Below are positions 1 through 10,472 of a stretch of 64,000 nt of DNA, one piece after another; within the stretch, counting starts at the first letter, position 1, and each line of letters begins with the position of its first letter. Location of the stretch: positions 30,147 through 94,146 of the forward strand of contig JBEDUK010000010.1 of assembly GCA_040414485.1 (NCBI GenBank). The letters run 5' to 3'. The notes beneath the pieces are model-generated. The model made no database searches. It worked only from the letters and a program-made list of their open reading frames with translations, and was not told the origin of the DNA. The stretch comes from Actinomycetota bacterium (lineage in GTDB: Bacteria; Actinomycetota; UBA4738). The translations under genes were made by a program, and so were the position numbers.

Positions 1-219
1 TTCGACCGCGCAGAGGGCCGGACGCCGTCCCGGTACGTCTCGCTGGTCGCGGCGTGCCGGCGGTTCGGCGTCCCGCTGGAATCGCCGCATCACGCGCTCG
101 ACGATGCCGTGATGACCGCGGAACTGTTCCTCGTGCTGGCGACGAAGCTTGCCGGGCTCGGCTATCTGCGGCTGACGAGCATGCTCAGAGAGACCCGGCG
201 GAACCCGTTCGAGGCGTAG
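1..219 (+). CDS. 3' fragment of a DnaQ-like 3'-5' exonuclease domain protein (partial, enters from upstream)
   Basis: Frame 1 is open from base 1 to TAG at 217-219. The translation ...HHALDDAVMTAELFLVLA matches the Exo III motif H-x-A-x-x-D-A of DEDDh exonucleases. Confidence 0.4.
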   Translation, partial: FDRAEGRTPSRYVSLVAACRRFGVPLESPHHALDDAVMTAELFLVLATKLAGLGYLRLTSMLRETRRNPFEA

Positions 220-265
220 TCACGACGCGGCCTCGGAGCCGTTCGCGCATCGCGTGAGTCTCCCC

Positions 266-2206
266 TCATTCGGGGGCGCCGGCGCGCGTGGTGCCCGCCT
301 CCGATCCGGCGGCGCCGCCGGCGGGTTGCCCCCGACCGTCACGAGCCGAGCGCCGGAGCAGGCGAAGCTTGACCACCTTGACGGCGATGGCGAGCGACAG
401 CCAATCGTCGTGTTCGAGATCGAGGCCGGTGATCTGCTCGATGCGGGAGAGCCGCTGCCGCAGCGTGTTCGGGTGGATGAACAGCGTCCGCGAGCTGCCC
501 ACCACGTTGCCGCGGCCGTCGAGGTAGCCCTCGAGCGTCCACAGCAGCTGCGTCCCGCGCCGGACGTCGTAGTCGGCCAGCCGCTCCAGCGCGCGCTGAT
601 GGCCGTCGCGCATCCCCGTTTCGTTCGCCAGGACGTACTTGTAGGGCCCGAGATCCTCGTAGGAGAACACGCCGGGTCCGCCGCGGATCAGCGCGCCGAC
701 CTCGGCGGCGGCGAGCGCCTCGTCGAAGCCGACGGCGAAGGAGGACACGCCCCGGCACGGGTTCGACAGGCCGACGGCCACCGGCGATCCCTCGACGACC
801 CCGGCGACGTCCGAGGCCAGCCGCCGGACGACGTCCGCGGGGTCGCCTCCGTCGCCCGGGGAGAGGCGGATGATCGCGCGGAGCGACGATTCGCCCTGGT
901 CGAACAGTGCCCCCGGGACCGCCGAGGCGAGCTGCGGTTCGAGCTTGGCCGCCACCCTGCCCCACGCGTCGAGGCCGCGTGCCGCGTCGTCCGCGGCGCC
1001 CGACCGGCGGCCCCCTCGCTTCGACGTCGCACCGTTCGAACACGGCCGGGCGCGGAGGACCACGTGGGGGACGTCCAGGTCGCAGCCGAGCCGCCATGCG
1101 GCCCGTTCGATGTCCTCGCGCGGCTCGCCCCGCGCGAGGGCCTCGAAGAACTCCTTGACCAGGCTGCCCTCCTTCAGACGTTCGATCATCTGATGCTGCT
1201 TGAGGGCCACGGCCACGTGGGACGCGACGGCCGTCAGGACCGTCTCGACATCCCTGGACGGCGTGGCGGCGGAAACCGCGAGCACGCCGAGGCGCTCCTC
1301 TCCCACGGCGAGCGGCGCGAACAGCGGGATCCCGGCGGCGCGATCTCCCCACAGCGCCTCGGCGAGCGCCCGGGCCTCCTCGGGCCCCGGGCGGGACGCC
1401 AGCGCGTCCATCCAGAGCCGGCGCGTGTCGAGCGCTGCGGCGGTGCGCCGAGGATCCGCCGCGCGAAGCACGAGCCGCTCGTCCGCGTCGAGCAGCAGCA
1501 CCTCGCAGCGTTCGGCATCCAGCAGCGACCGGCAGTCCCGGACGACCATGTCCAGCAGGTCGTCCACGCCGGCCGTGGACGCGATCCGCTGCGCCAGGCG
1601 CGAGAGGTCGGTCAGGAGCGCGACGCGCTCGGTGGCCTCCTCGTAGAGGCGCGCGTTCTCCACGGCACCTGCGACGAGCGACGCGGTGTGCTCCAGGAAA
1701 TCGAGGTCCTCGCGGGCGAACTCGTGCGGCGCCTCGGCGTGGAGGTTCACCACGCCGATCACGTCGCCCCCGCGGGCGAAGATCGGCACCGACACGAGTG
1801 ACTGGAAGCGCTCCTCCTCGAATTCGGGGAAGTACAGGACCCGCGGGTCCTGCAGGGCGTTCTCCTTGATGAAGGCGCTCCGGCGTGTCCGGGCGACCCA
1901 GCCCCCGAGGCCTTCGCCGATCGCCATGCTCGCCTTGCCGGCCAGGTGCGCGTACGGCGCCGACGCGCACCGGAGCACCAGGCGGCCTTCCTGGACGAAG
2001 AAGATCAGGCAGGCGTGGCAGTCCGTCGCCTCGGTGACGATGCGGACGATGCCGCGGAGGATGGTCTCGAGGTCCGGACCGGACCCGATCGTCTGGACGA
2101 TCTCGTAGAGATAGGCCGCCTCGTCGGGGACGCGCCGGACGGCGGTCAGCTGCCTCGCCCGCGCACCCCTTGTGTCCCCACGGCCCCGCGGGCCAGCGGT
2201 CTCCAT
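266..2206 (-). CDS. PucR-family transcriptional regulator with tandem GAF domains
   Basis: 646-aa ORF with two GAF-like regions (GDVIGVVNLH..., GVLAVSAA...) and a C-terminal PucR-type HTH (TLFIHPNTLRQRLSRIEQITGLDL). Exact start uncertain. Confidence 0.7.
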   Translation of the reverse strand: METAGPRGRGDTRGARARQLTAVRRVPDEAAYLYEIVQTIGSGPDLETILRGIVRIVTEATDCHACLIFFVQEGRLVLRCASAPYAHLAGKASMAIGEGLGGWVARTRRSAFIKENALQDPRVLYFPEFEEERFQSLVSVPIFARGGDVIGVVNLHAEAPHEFAREDLDFLEHTASLVAGAVENARLYEEATERVALLTDLSRLAQRIASTAGVDDLLDMVVRDCRSLLDAERCEVLLLDADERLVLRAADPRRTAAALDTRRLWMDALASRPGPEEARALAEALWGDRAAGIPLFAPLAVGEERLGVLAVSAATPSRDVETVLTAVASHVAVALKQHQMIERLKEGSLVKEFFEALARGEPREDIERAAWRLGCDLDVPHVVLRARPCSNGATSKRGGRRSGAADDAARGLDAWGRVAAKLEPQLASAVPGALFDQGESSLRAIIRLSPGDGGDPADVVRRLASDVAGVVEGSPVAVGLSNPCRGVSSFAVGFDEALAAAEVGALIRGGPGVFSYEDLGPYKYVLANETGMRDGHQRALERLADYDVRRGTQLLWTLEGYLDGRGNVVGSSRTLFIHPNTLRQRLSRIEQITGLDLEHDDWLSLAIAVKVVKLRLLRRSARDGRGQPAGGAAGSEAGTTRAGAPE

Positions 2207-2327
2207 GCCGTCGCCCTCTCGCCGCGCCGAAACGTCCGGACCTCGCCCTAGTGAAGCGGGAGGGCAGACGGGAAGTCAAACCGGCATATGTGCGGACCGG
2301 ACACGCGCCGGCCGCGTGACGCGTACG

Positions 2328-2807
2328 TCAGCACGTGCCTTCGGCCAGCCAGATCAGACAAGGGGCGCCATCCCGCACGGCCCGCGCCATGCGCTGGTAC
2401 CTGCGCCGGGACAAGCAAGTGCGATCCGGCCCCAACACCAACAGACTGAGGCGATGTTCGCGGGCCACCTCGAGCAGCGCCTCGAGCGGCCTCAGACTCC
2501 GTACTCGGATGCGCTCGACCTTGATGCCGAGCGACGATGCGAGCCGCACCGGCGCGACCAGCGACTCCTCCATGTCCGGCGGATACTCAAGCTGGTCGTA
2601 GCCCATCACGATCGACAGAGGCATCGGCGGGAGTTGCACGGAGTTGCACACGATCAGCGGCAGGCCCGACTCGACCGCCGCGTCGACTGCCACCACAGCC
2701 GCGTCGGGATCGAAGGGCACATCGAAGGTGGCGAGCATCACCGGCCCGGAGAGGCCCCCCTCGACCGGCGCCGGTGCGCGGGTCGGAGGCCGCCGGACGC
2801 CGAGCAT
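2328..2807 (-). CDS. hypothetical protein (possible universal-stress-protein-like alpha/beta fold)
   Basis: 159-aa ORF 1 nt downstream of the preceding gene on the same strand. Weak USP-like patterns (LVLGPDR..., PCLIWLA). No strong family match. Confidence 0.3.
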   Translation of the reverse strand: MLGVRRPPTRAPAPVEGGLSGPVMLATFDVPFDPDAAVVAVDAAVESGLPLIVCNSVQLPPMPLSIVMGYDQLEYPPDMEESLVAPVRLASSLGIKVERIRVRSLRPLEALLEVAREHRLSLLVLGPDRTCLSRRRYQRMARAVRDGAPCLIWLAEGTC

Positions 2808-2808
2808 G

Positions 2809-3174
2809 TCAGTCCGGCTCCGGCTCCGGCGTGAGGTGCCAGGTCGGCAGCGACCGGGCGGCCTGCCTGACCTTGCGCCGCCATCGCGGCATGTACCAGA
2901 TGAACCAGACGCCGAACGCGATCGGCACGAGCAGCAGCGCCCGTCCCGGCTGCGTGAGGCCGATGATCAGGAACGCGCCTCCGATCAGCAAGCCGGCGAT
3001 CATCGCCTCGAAGCGGAACCGGCGTTGCTCGTGCATGATGCCGGCGTACTGTTCGGCCGGGATCTGCCGTGTGTTCCACCGGCTGCCGCAATCCTCGCAT
3101 GTCCAAGTGTCGCCGTACGGGACGTGCTCGACCCGCCCGCAGTCGCATTTCACGGTGATCGGCGGCCCCTTCAT
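2809..3174 (-). CDS. small membrane protein with N-terminal zinc-ribbon (CxC...CxxC) and two TM helices
   Basis: MKGPPITVKCDCGRVEHVPYGDTWTCEDCGSRW is followed by two hydrophobic helices. Start chosen at the internal Met; the upstream part of the ORF is low-complexity. Confidence 0.45.
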   Translation of the reverse strand: MKGPPITVKCDCGRVEHVPYGDTWTCEDCGSRWNTRQIPAEQYAGIMHEQRRFRFEAMIAGLLIGGAFLIIGLTQPGRALLLVPIAFGVWFIWYMPRWRRKVRQAARSLPTWHLTPEPEPD

Positions 3175-3339
3175 CGACGCATCGCCGGCATCGTATCCCA
3201 GCTGCCCGCTGCCGGTGGGCCCGTCATGTGTGTTCCGCACACACCTGGCAGCTCGGACGAGATGGTCCCGCCAGTTGCTTCCGCAAAGGGTCAGTGCTAT
3301 ACCGAGCGCCAATCATCGGGGGGAGCAGAGGGAGGTCGA

Positions 3340-4861
3340 GGTGGCCGAGGCCGTCATCGAAGAACGGCAGCTGCTGAAGTCGCTTCACTGGTACGACGGC
3401 TTCGTCATCGCCCTCTGTAACCCGGGCTTCCTCATTGCGAACCTCGGGTTCACGCTCGCCTCGATCGGGGCGAAGGGTTCGATCATCCTCTGGGGAATTG
3501 CGGCCACGGTCGGGCTCCTCCAGAACTGGGTTTACTCCGAATCGGCGGCCATGTTCCCAGACAAGCCGGGCGGCATCGCGATGTACGCCCACGAGGGCTG
3601 GCGGAAGCACTTCAACCTGTTCGGACCGATCGCGGCCTTCGGTTACTGGATCGGCTGGTCGGTCGTGCTTTCGATCAACGGGTACCTGATCGGAGGATTG
3701 ATCACCGCCGAATGGTTCCAGAGCGCCAAGCTCGGCGGGGCGCACCCGAGCGCGGACGGCGGATACTTCAGCCTCGGGCCGGTCGACATCGGCTTGCCGC
3801 ATCTGATCGGCATCGCGATCATCGTCATCGTCTGGCTCTTCAACATCTACGGCGTCAAGCCGTCGCTTGCGGTCGGCTACATCACGGGCATCCTGCTGAT
3901 GATCCCGCTGGCCATCTTCATCATCGTTCCGTACTTCACGGGCGACTGGCATGCCTCGAACATCACATACACGCCGGTACCCGGGTACAGCAATCTGTCG
4001 GTCGCGCTGATGTGGCTGTTCATCATGTGCTGGTCGGCGTACGGCATCGAAGTCTGTGCCAGTTTCGCTCCCGAGTATCACGACACGAAACGAGATACGG
4101 CGCTGGCTCTTCGAACGTCAGCGGCGTTCTCGCTCGCCGTGTATGTCCTGCTGCCGCTGGGGATCGGCGGGCTCGGACTCAAGGTCGACGCGTCGAACTC
4201 GTACGGGCCCTATTACGTGGAGGCGTTCAACAAGGTCGTAGGCAGCGGTCTTTCGAAGGTGGCGCTGATCCTTCTCATCGCCAGCCTCATCCTGTCAATG
4301 AATTCGGCGACTGCCGATGGCGGCCGCGCGCTGTACGGGATCGCGCGCGATGACATGACGACGAAGTTCCTCTACCGGCTCAACCGGTTCCACGTGCCCG
4401 GACGCGGAATGACCGTGGACATGGTCGTGAACGTCCTGCTGATCCTGTTCGTCGGCAACAACCTCGCGATCCTGTACATGTCGAACATCGGGTACGTGTT
4501 CTGCCACGTGCTGGCGCTGTCGGCCTTCCTCCTCCTACGCCGCGAACGGCCGAACTGGCCACGCGTGATCAAGGTGGGACCCGTCTGGGTCGTGATCGCC
4601 GCCATCCTCTGCGCGTACAACGCGTTGCTGCTGTTCTGGGGCGTCACGCAGTACAAGCTCGCGGGCGTGCTCGGCGGATACAAGGCCAGCGGCTATCCGT
4701 TCTGGATCGGCATCGGGATCCTTGTGCTGGCGGTGCTGCTGTTCTTCTACCGGCGCGTCGTCGAGGACAAGAAGCCGATCACCTTCCGCGACAATGACGT
4801 CCCGACCGTACCGAGCGAAGAGCAGATGCGGCTGCTGCACCAGGAAGAGGTTCCTGTCTAG
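3340..4861 (+). CDS. APC-superfamily amino acid / amine permease
   Basis: About 12 predicted TM segments and typical APC N-terminus (GFVIALCNPGFLIANLGFTLASIGAKGSIILWG...). GTG start at 3340, just after the convergent upstream gene. The N-terminal 800 nt of the ORF in the track is a GC-artefact. Confidence 0.8.
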
Positions 4862-5046
4862 GCAGGTGATCTCCTCGTCGGCGAACGACCGTCGGCGTGC
4901 TTGGCGGCCGTGGAAGGCAGTCGCGCGCCGGTCCGTGGTCGCGGTCGAGCACGGACTCCTCGCTTCCCGGCGCAACGGGCCGTGGACTACGATGCAGGAG
5001 CGGTATGTGAACTCTGGACACCTCGCAGGCGCGAAAGGACGGCGGC

Positions 5047-6453
5047 ATGGCGGACAAGCAGTGGGGGGCTGAGCCCTTCTGGGGCTTGGGCTACGAATGG
5101 GATCCCGACTGGGTGCTCACCGACCGGCAGAAGGAACTTCGCAGCACGCTGATCGACCTGTGCGAGCAGGAGATGCGGGCGAACGCGAAGCGTTCGGACG
5201 ACGAGCTGCTCTTCCCCCGCCGGAACCTGGAGCTGCTCGGCGAGCACGGGTTCCTGGCCCTCACCGTCCCGCAGGAATTCGGTGGGCTGGGCGAGAACCA
5301 CGTCGCCTACTCCATGGTCTGCGAGACGATCGCCCGCTACGGATGCGCCTCCACCGCCATGTGCTACGTCATGCACGTCGGTGCCGTGAACGCGATCATG
5401 CTCCGTGCGACCGACGAGCTGATCGACAAGTACATCCGGCCGCTGAACTCCGGGAAGATCGGGACGCTATCGTATTCAGACCCGGAGACGGGGTCGCATT
5501 TCTGGTACCCGATCTCCTCCGGGGCCGTCGCTGAGAACGGCGGCTACCGTGTGCGGAAGAAGGCCTCGTGGACCACGTCGGCCGGGTTCGCCGACTTCTA
5601 TGTGGTCCAGACCACGTCGCCCGACTTCAAGGGCTACGACGACCTCTCGGTGTTCGTCATCGACGGCGCCGACGCTCAGGCGCAGCCTTCGCTGTGGGAC
5701 GCGCTCGGGCTTCGCGGAAATCAGTCAGGCCCCCTTACCATCGACAACGTCTCGATCCCCGGATCGCAACTGGTCGGCCCGACCGGCGACGGCGCGGCGT
5801 CGAACGACGAATCGGTCGACCCGTGGTTCCTGGTCGGGTCGTCGTCGGTCTGGAACGGCATCGCGATGGGGGCGATCGACATCGCCAAGCGCCACACGAC
5901 CCGCAAGCGCCACGTGGACGTCGGCCTTCGTGTCGCCGACTACCCGACCATCCAGGACTACGTGGGCGAGGCTGTCATGGACACGAACGCTTCGCGGCTG
6001 TTCGTCATGTCGGTGGCGCAGGCCATGGACAAGGAGACCGAGAACAACACCAAGCGCCTCTCCCCCGGCGAGTTCGCGCGCGCGAACTTCCTGCACTGGG
6101 CCTGGCAGATCAAGTTCGAGGCCGCGAAGAACGTCGCGCACGTGGTCGACAAGATGCTCCACGCGTGCGGCGGCAGCGGCTACAAGCGCGACATGGAACT
6201 GGAACGCTACCTGCGTGACGCGAAGGCGGGCTGGGTCATGGGCCCGACGAACGAGGTGCTGAGGCAGTTCGTCGGCAAGGCGGTGCTGCTCGGGTTCGAC
6301 TCGCTCGATTACTGGAACCAGACGTTCAACCGGCGCGCCGTGGAGAACGAGACGAAGAAGCTCGAGCCCGGTGCGAAGCGGGAGCTTGCGGAGCAGCTGA
6401 TCAAGGAGGCCGAGGAAGCCGAGTCAAAGGCCGCCCCGGCCCCCACCGGATAG
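5047..6453 (+). CDS. acyl-CoA dehydrogenase family protein
   Basis: 468 aa. ACAD N-terminal, middle and C-terminal signatures (LELLGEHGFLALTVPQEFGGLG, GSHFW..., C-terminal YxxGG...ER). Confidence 0.85.
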   Translation: MADKQWGAEPFWGLGYEWDPDWVLTDRQKELRSTLIDLCEQEMRANAKRSDDELLFPRRNLELLGEHGFLALTVPQEFGGLGENHVAYSMVCETIARYGCASTAMCYVMHVGAVNAIMLRATDELIDKYIRPLNSGKIGTLSYSDPETGSHFWYPISSGAVAENGGYRVRKKASWTTSAGFADFYVVQTTSPDFKGYDDLSVFVIDGADAQAQPSLWDALGLRGNQSGPLTIDNVSIPGSQLVGPTGDGAASNDESVDPWFLVGSSSVWNGIAMGAIDIAKRHTTRKRHVDVGLRVADYPTIQDYVGEAVMDTNASRLFVMSVAQAMDKETENNTKRLSPGEFARANFLHWAWQIKFEAAKNVAHVVDKMLHACGGSGYKRDMELERYLRDAKAGWVMGPTNEVLRQFVGKAVLLGFDSLDYWNQTFNRRAVENETKKLEPGAKRELAEQLIKEAEEAESKAAPAPTG

Positions 6454-6484
6454 GTCCAAGAGACGAAGAAGGGAACCGACCCGC

Positions 6485-8833
6485 ATGGTTCTCTCCGCAG
6501 ACCGACCGCGGTTGCTCCTTCCGGGGCTGAAGCCGCCGGACCCGTTCCTGGAGACGTATCTGGTCCGGCCGGGCGGCGCCACCGTGGTGAAGCTGCGCGA
6601 GGGCGACCGTCTCACCGTCCGCGACCGTGACGGGGGCGCAGTCGTCGAGGTCAGCGCGCTTGCGCCCGATGGAACCGACGATGGCGACGCGCTCGGCATC
6701 ACCACCGAGGCCCCCGCCGAGACACTTCGTTCTCTTGCCGTTGCCGATTCGGACCGGGCCGGCGCGGTCGTTGAGGCCCTTGCGGCTCTTGGACTGAAGC
6801 CGGACCAGGCAACAGCGGCGCGCTTGTTCGGCGAATGGTCGCCGCCGGGCTCTTCGGAGTCGTTCCTGGCGCGACGCGACGCCGTCTGCGTGATCGCCCA
6901 ACCACTGTCGCCTCCGGTCGTCGAGGGCGGCACTCCCCAGTCGGACCTCATCGTCGAGGTTCGCCGCATGATCGCCCGGACGCCTGCGGGCGAGGGCCCC
7001 GAACTTCCGCCCCCGCTGGCGGACGCGCGCCTCGACTTCCGCGTGGACCGCGCCACCGCCCTCTCCTACGAGGTGAAGGCCGGCGAATACATTCAGGTCA
7101 TCGACGTCGAAGGCCGGCAGTGCTCGGACTTCCTGGCATTCCACGGCCACCGTCTGCAGGAGGGCCTCGAACGCGGGCTGGACGCCACCGTGACCAGGAC
7201 GCTCATGGGCAACGCCTACCCGACCCCAGGTCTGTACGGCAAGTTCTACGACCAGGACATGAACCCGCTGGTCGAGGTGGTGCGAGACACGGTGGGGCGC
7301 CACGACACCTTCGCGCTGGCCTGCACCTCGAAGTACTACGAGGACATGGGCTACCCCGGCCATGTGAACTGCACGGACAACTTCAACGGGCAACTGGAGT
7401 CGTACGCCATCGCCGCGCGCAAGGGGTGGCCGGCGCTGAACTTCTTCTTCAACACGACCTTCAGCGGGGACAACATCCTGGTCACCGACGAGCCGTGGTC
7501 GCGGCCCGGCGACTACGTGCTCCTCAGGGCGCTCACGGATCTGGTCTGCGCGTCCTCGGCGTGCCCCGACGACGTCGACCCGGCGAACGCGTGGGATCCC
7601 ACCGACATCCACGTCCGCGTGTACCCCGCGACGGAGACGTTCTCCGTCGCCATCGCCCACCGCGTGACGCCCGACGCAGAGCCACGCCTCACACGGGAGA
7701 CGGGATTCACGCCGAAATTGCGCGAATTGACGTCCCGGTTCACCGACTATCGCGGGTACTGGCTCCCGACCGGCTTCGACGACCAGGGCTCACTGGATGA
7801 GTACTGGGCGTGCCGCGAGCGTGCCGTCGTGATGGACCTTTCGCCGCTTCGGAAGTTCGAGGTGCTCGGGCCGGATGCCGAGGCGCTGTTGCAGGCCACG
7901 ATGACACGGGACATCCGGCGCCTGTCCGTCGGGCAGGTCGTGTACACGGCGATGTGCAACGACACCGGCGGGATGATCGACGACGGGACGGTCTTCCGGC
8001 TGGGCGCCGACAACTTCCGGTTCGTCGGCGGCGACGAATACGACGGGATCTGGTTGCGTGAACAGGCATCGCGCCTCGACCTGCGCGCCTGGGTGCGGCC
8101 GTCCACCGACCAGCTCCACAACCTGGCCGTGCAGGGGCCGCGCTCCTGCGATCTGCTGGCGCCGCTGATCTGGACCGCGCCGACGCAGACGCCGTTCGAC
8201 AAGCTGACCTGGTTCCGTTTCAGCGTCGCCCGGATCGGCGGTGCCCAGGGCATCCCGATCGTGGTGTCCCGAACCGGGTACACGGGCGAGCTCGGGTACG
8301 AGATCTGGTGCCATCCGAAGGACGCGGGCGCCGTCTGGGATGCGATCTGGGAGGCCGGCCGCGATCACGGCCTGCGACCGCTCGGGCTCGACGCGCTGGA
8401 CATGGTGCGCATCGAAGCCGGGCTGATCTTCGCCGGGTACGAGTTCGACGACCAGATCGACCCGTTCGAGGCGGGCATCGGCTTCACGGTGGGACTCGCC
8501 ACGACGGACGACGACTTCGTCGGGCGCACCGCTTTGGTGGAACGGAAGGCGCACCCGCAGCGCGAGCTGGTCGGCCTCGAGCTCGAGGGCAACGAACCCG
8601 CGGCGCACGGCGACTGCGTGCATGTCGGCCGCCAGCAGGTCGGGGTGATCACCAGCGGCACCCGTTCGCCGATCCTCGCGAAGAACGTCGCGCTGTGCCG
8701 GATGGCCGTCCAGCACGCGGGGCTCGGCACCGAGGTCGAGGTCGGCAAGCTCGACAGCCACCAGAAGCGGATTCCGGCGACCGTCGTGCGGTTCCCCTTC
8801 TACGACCCGGAGAAGGCCCGGCCCCGCTCGTAG
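6485..8833 (+). CDS. fusion protein: N-terminal DUF1989 (urea-carboxylase-associated family) + C-terminal GcvT-like aminomethyltransferase (folate-binding) domain
   Basis: The N-terminal half contains DUF1989 hallmarks (GRHDTFALACTSKYYEDMGYPGHVNCTDNFN...NFFFNT). The C-terminal half is GCV_T-like (YWACRERAVVMDLSPLRKFEVLGPDAEALL ... SRTGYTGELGYEIWC ... GLIFAGYEFD). 32 bp downstream of the ACAD gene. Confidence 0.8.
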   Translation: MVLSADRPRLLLPGLKPPDPFLETYLVRPGGATVVKLREGDRLTVRDRDGGAVVEVSALAPDGTDDGDALGITTEAPAETLRSLAVADSDRAGAVVEALAALGLKPDQATAARLFGEWSPPGSSESFLARRDAVCVIAQPLSPPVVEGGTPQSDLIVEVRRMIARTPAGEGPELPPPLADARLDFRVDRATALSYEVKAGEYIQVIDVEGRQCSDFLAFHGHRLQEGLERGLDATVTRTLMGNAYPTPGLYGKFYDQDMNPLVEVVRDTVGRHDTFALACTSKYYEDMGYPGHVNCTDNFNGQLESYAIAARKGWPALNFFFNTTFSGDNILVTDEPWSRPGDYVLLRALTDLVCASSACPDDVDPANAWDPTDIHVRVYPATETFSVAIAHRVTPDAEPRLTRETGFTPKLRELTSRFTDYRGYWLPTGFDDQGSLDEYWACRERAVVMDLSPLRKFEVLGPDAEALLQATMTRDIRRLSVGQVVYTAMCNDTGGMIDDGTVFRLGADNFRFVGGDEYDGIWLREQASRLDLRAWVRPSTDQLHNLAVQGPRSCDLLAPLIWTAPTQTPFDKLTWFRFSVARIGGAQGIPIVVSRTGYTGELGYEIWCHPKDAGAVWDAIWEAGRDHGLRPLGLDALDMVRIEAGLIFAGYEFDDQIDPFEAGIGFTVGLATTDDDFVGRTALVERKAHPQRELVGLELEGNEPAAHGDCVHVGRQQVGVITSGTRSPILAKNVALCRMAVQHAGLGTEVEVGKLDSHQKRIPATVVRFPFYDPEKARPRS

Positions 8834-8867
8834 CACCGTCCTTCGCGGGCGCCGTTTCAGCGCTGTG

Positions 8868-9272
8868 TCAGCAGCGCCATCCGGTCGACCATGCCGACCA
8901 GCCGTGGTGCCGGACGACCCATGCCGCCGTGGCCACGTTCGCCTTTGCCCAGTAGGCGCTTGCGCCGCCCCAGCCGGCGAGATGCGAGTAATACGACCAG
9001 GTCCGTGGCATGAACTGATACACGCCCTCGGCGCCGCTCGAATTGCGAGCATTCGGATTGAAGCCGGACTCGAGAGAGGCCACACACATCGCCTTCCGGT
9101 AGGTGGCCGTTCCCATCGGTGAGAAATACGTCTTCACGAGGGCCGCCACCCAGCGGTACTTGGCGGGGACGACCACGCTCTCGGTGGTGGCGTGGGCCGG
9201 TGTCCGCTGAAGGGCCAGGGAACCCGCTGCGAGGCTCGCCGCGATCAGCACAACGGCAATCGGACGCTTCAT
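8868..9272 (-). CDS. secreted lytic-transglycosylase (SLT-like) domain protein
   Basis: Signal peptide MKRPIAVVLIAASLAAGSLA and SLT-type catalytic region (CVASLESGFNPNARNSSGAEGVYQFMP). GGAGGA RBS upstream of the ATG at 9272. Confidence 0.7.
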   Translation of the reverse strand: MKRPIAVVLIAASLAAGSLALQRTPAHATTESVVVPAKYRWVAALVKTYFSPMGTATYRKAMCVASLESGFNPNARNSSGAEGVYQFMPRTWSYYSHLAGWGGASAYWAKANVATAAWVVRHHGWSAWSTGWRC

Positions 9273-9601
9273 GGATGTCCTCCTTGGGATCGTCGCCGGC
9301 GACGATCCGGTCAGAGGGAATTCGTCGCGACTGGGCCGAGCCACTGCGCGTCGGGGATCCGTGGAGGTATCCGCGCAATTGACGCGGCCTGCTCTGCGGT
9401 TGTCCGTCTTCGTGGCGCGCACGCGTGGATCCAAGGACCCGGTGGTCGACTGTTTCGCGGATGCGCGGAACCCGGCAATATGTGCGGGGATCAACCGAGG
9501 CTAACAGACACTCGCGGATTCGCCAGCGCCGTGCCCGCCACCCATGGGACCGGCCGTGTCGCCCTCCCGCTAGCATCTGCGTGAGCCGAAGGGGGGCCGG
9601 G

Positions 9602-10456
9602 ATGGATCGGTTCGATGGGAACCAGGTCGAGCGGTTCCAGTGCGATGGGTTCCTGATCGTGGAAGAGGGGTTCGTTCCCGAGCGGACGCTGGAGCGGCTG
9701 CGCGAACGCTTCAAGCGGGTGTTCGACGGCGACTACGAGACCGGCATCAAGCCCGACGAGGTGAACTGGGTGCGCGGCCGGGACCGCGATGACGTGACGC
9801 GGCAGGTCTGCAACGGCTGGCGCGCCGATGATGTCATCGCCGCGCAGGTGCTCTCCGAACGGACCGGCCGGCTCGTCTCGCAGCTGATGGGCTGGCGCGG
9901 TGCGCGGATCCTGCAGGACAACATGCTGTGGAAGCCACCGGGGACGAAGTCGATCGGCATGCACCAGGACGGCTCATACGCGGACTACCTGGTGCCGCCG
10001 GTCATGACCACGTGCTGGATCGCCCTGGACGACACACAGGCCGGCGCGGGCACGCTCGAGTACGTACGAGGGTCGCACCTGTGGCCGAAGGCCCCGCCGG
10101 TTCGATCACAGTTCCACGCGCCGGAGGACTGGCTCGAAGGGCTTCGCGCCTCCGCGCCGCCCGGCGAGGAGGTCGAGATCGTCCCCGTGGTGGTGAAGGC
10201 CGGCGGGTGCTCGTTTCATCACAATCTCACCTGGCACGGCAGCGCCTCGAATACGAGCGCCGACGTCACCCGCCGGGCGCTCGTCTCACATCTGCTGGCC
10301 GTGGAGACGCGGTTCCATCCGGCGAACGTGGACCTGATCTATTCGCGGTATCGACGTCGGGCCGACCTGTCCATGGACGAGTCGTTCTTCCCCGTCCTGT
10401 GGTCCGAGGACGGCGGACGGACGCCCTGGCTCAAGGGTCTGCAGACGATCGCCTGA
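9602..10456 (+). CDS. phytanoyl-CoA dioxygenase (PhyH) family Fe(II)/2OG oxygenase
   Basis: PhyH-like motifs including the HQD triad region (GMHQDGSY) and WHGS. ATG at 9602. Confidence 0.8.
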   Translation: MDRFDGNQVERFQCDGFLIVEEGFVPERTLERLRERFKRVFDGDYETGIKPDEVNWVRGRDRDDVTRQVCNGWRADDVIAAQVLSERTGRLVSQLMGWRGARILQDNMLWKPPGTKSIGMHQDGSYADYLVPPVMTTCWIALDDTQAGAGTLEYVRGSHLWPKAPPVRSQFHAPEDWLEGLRASAPPGEEVEIVPVVVKAGGCSFHHNLTWHGSASNTSADVTRRALVSHLLAVETRFHPANVDLIYSRYRRRADLSMDESFFPVLWSEDGGRTPWLKGLQTIA

Positions 10457-10472
10457 AGGCGCCTGCCGATCG

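Noticed and set aside
254-2279. 515-aa (+) and 646-aa (-, 339..2279) ORFs overlapping the PucR/GAF regulator gene
   Set aside because: Arg/Ala/Gly/Pro-rich low-complexity translations typical of alternative frames in ~70% GC DNA. The 266..2206 frame has recognisable GAF and PucR-HTH domains.
2537-3339. N-terminal 268 codons of the 774-aa permease ORF
   Set aside because: Overlaps two minus-strand genes. The translation is low-complexity until the APC-permease N-terminus begins near the GTG at 3340.
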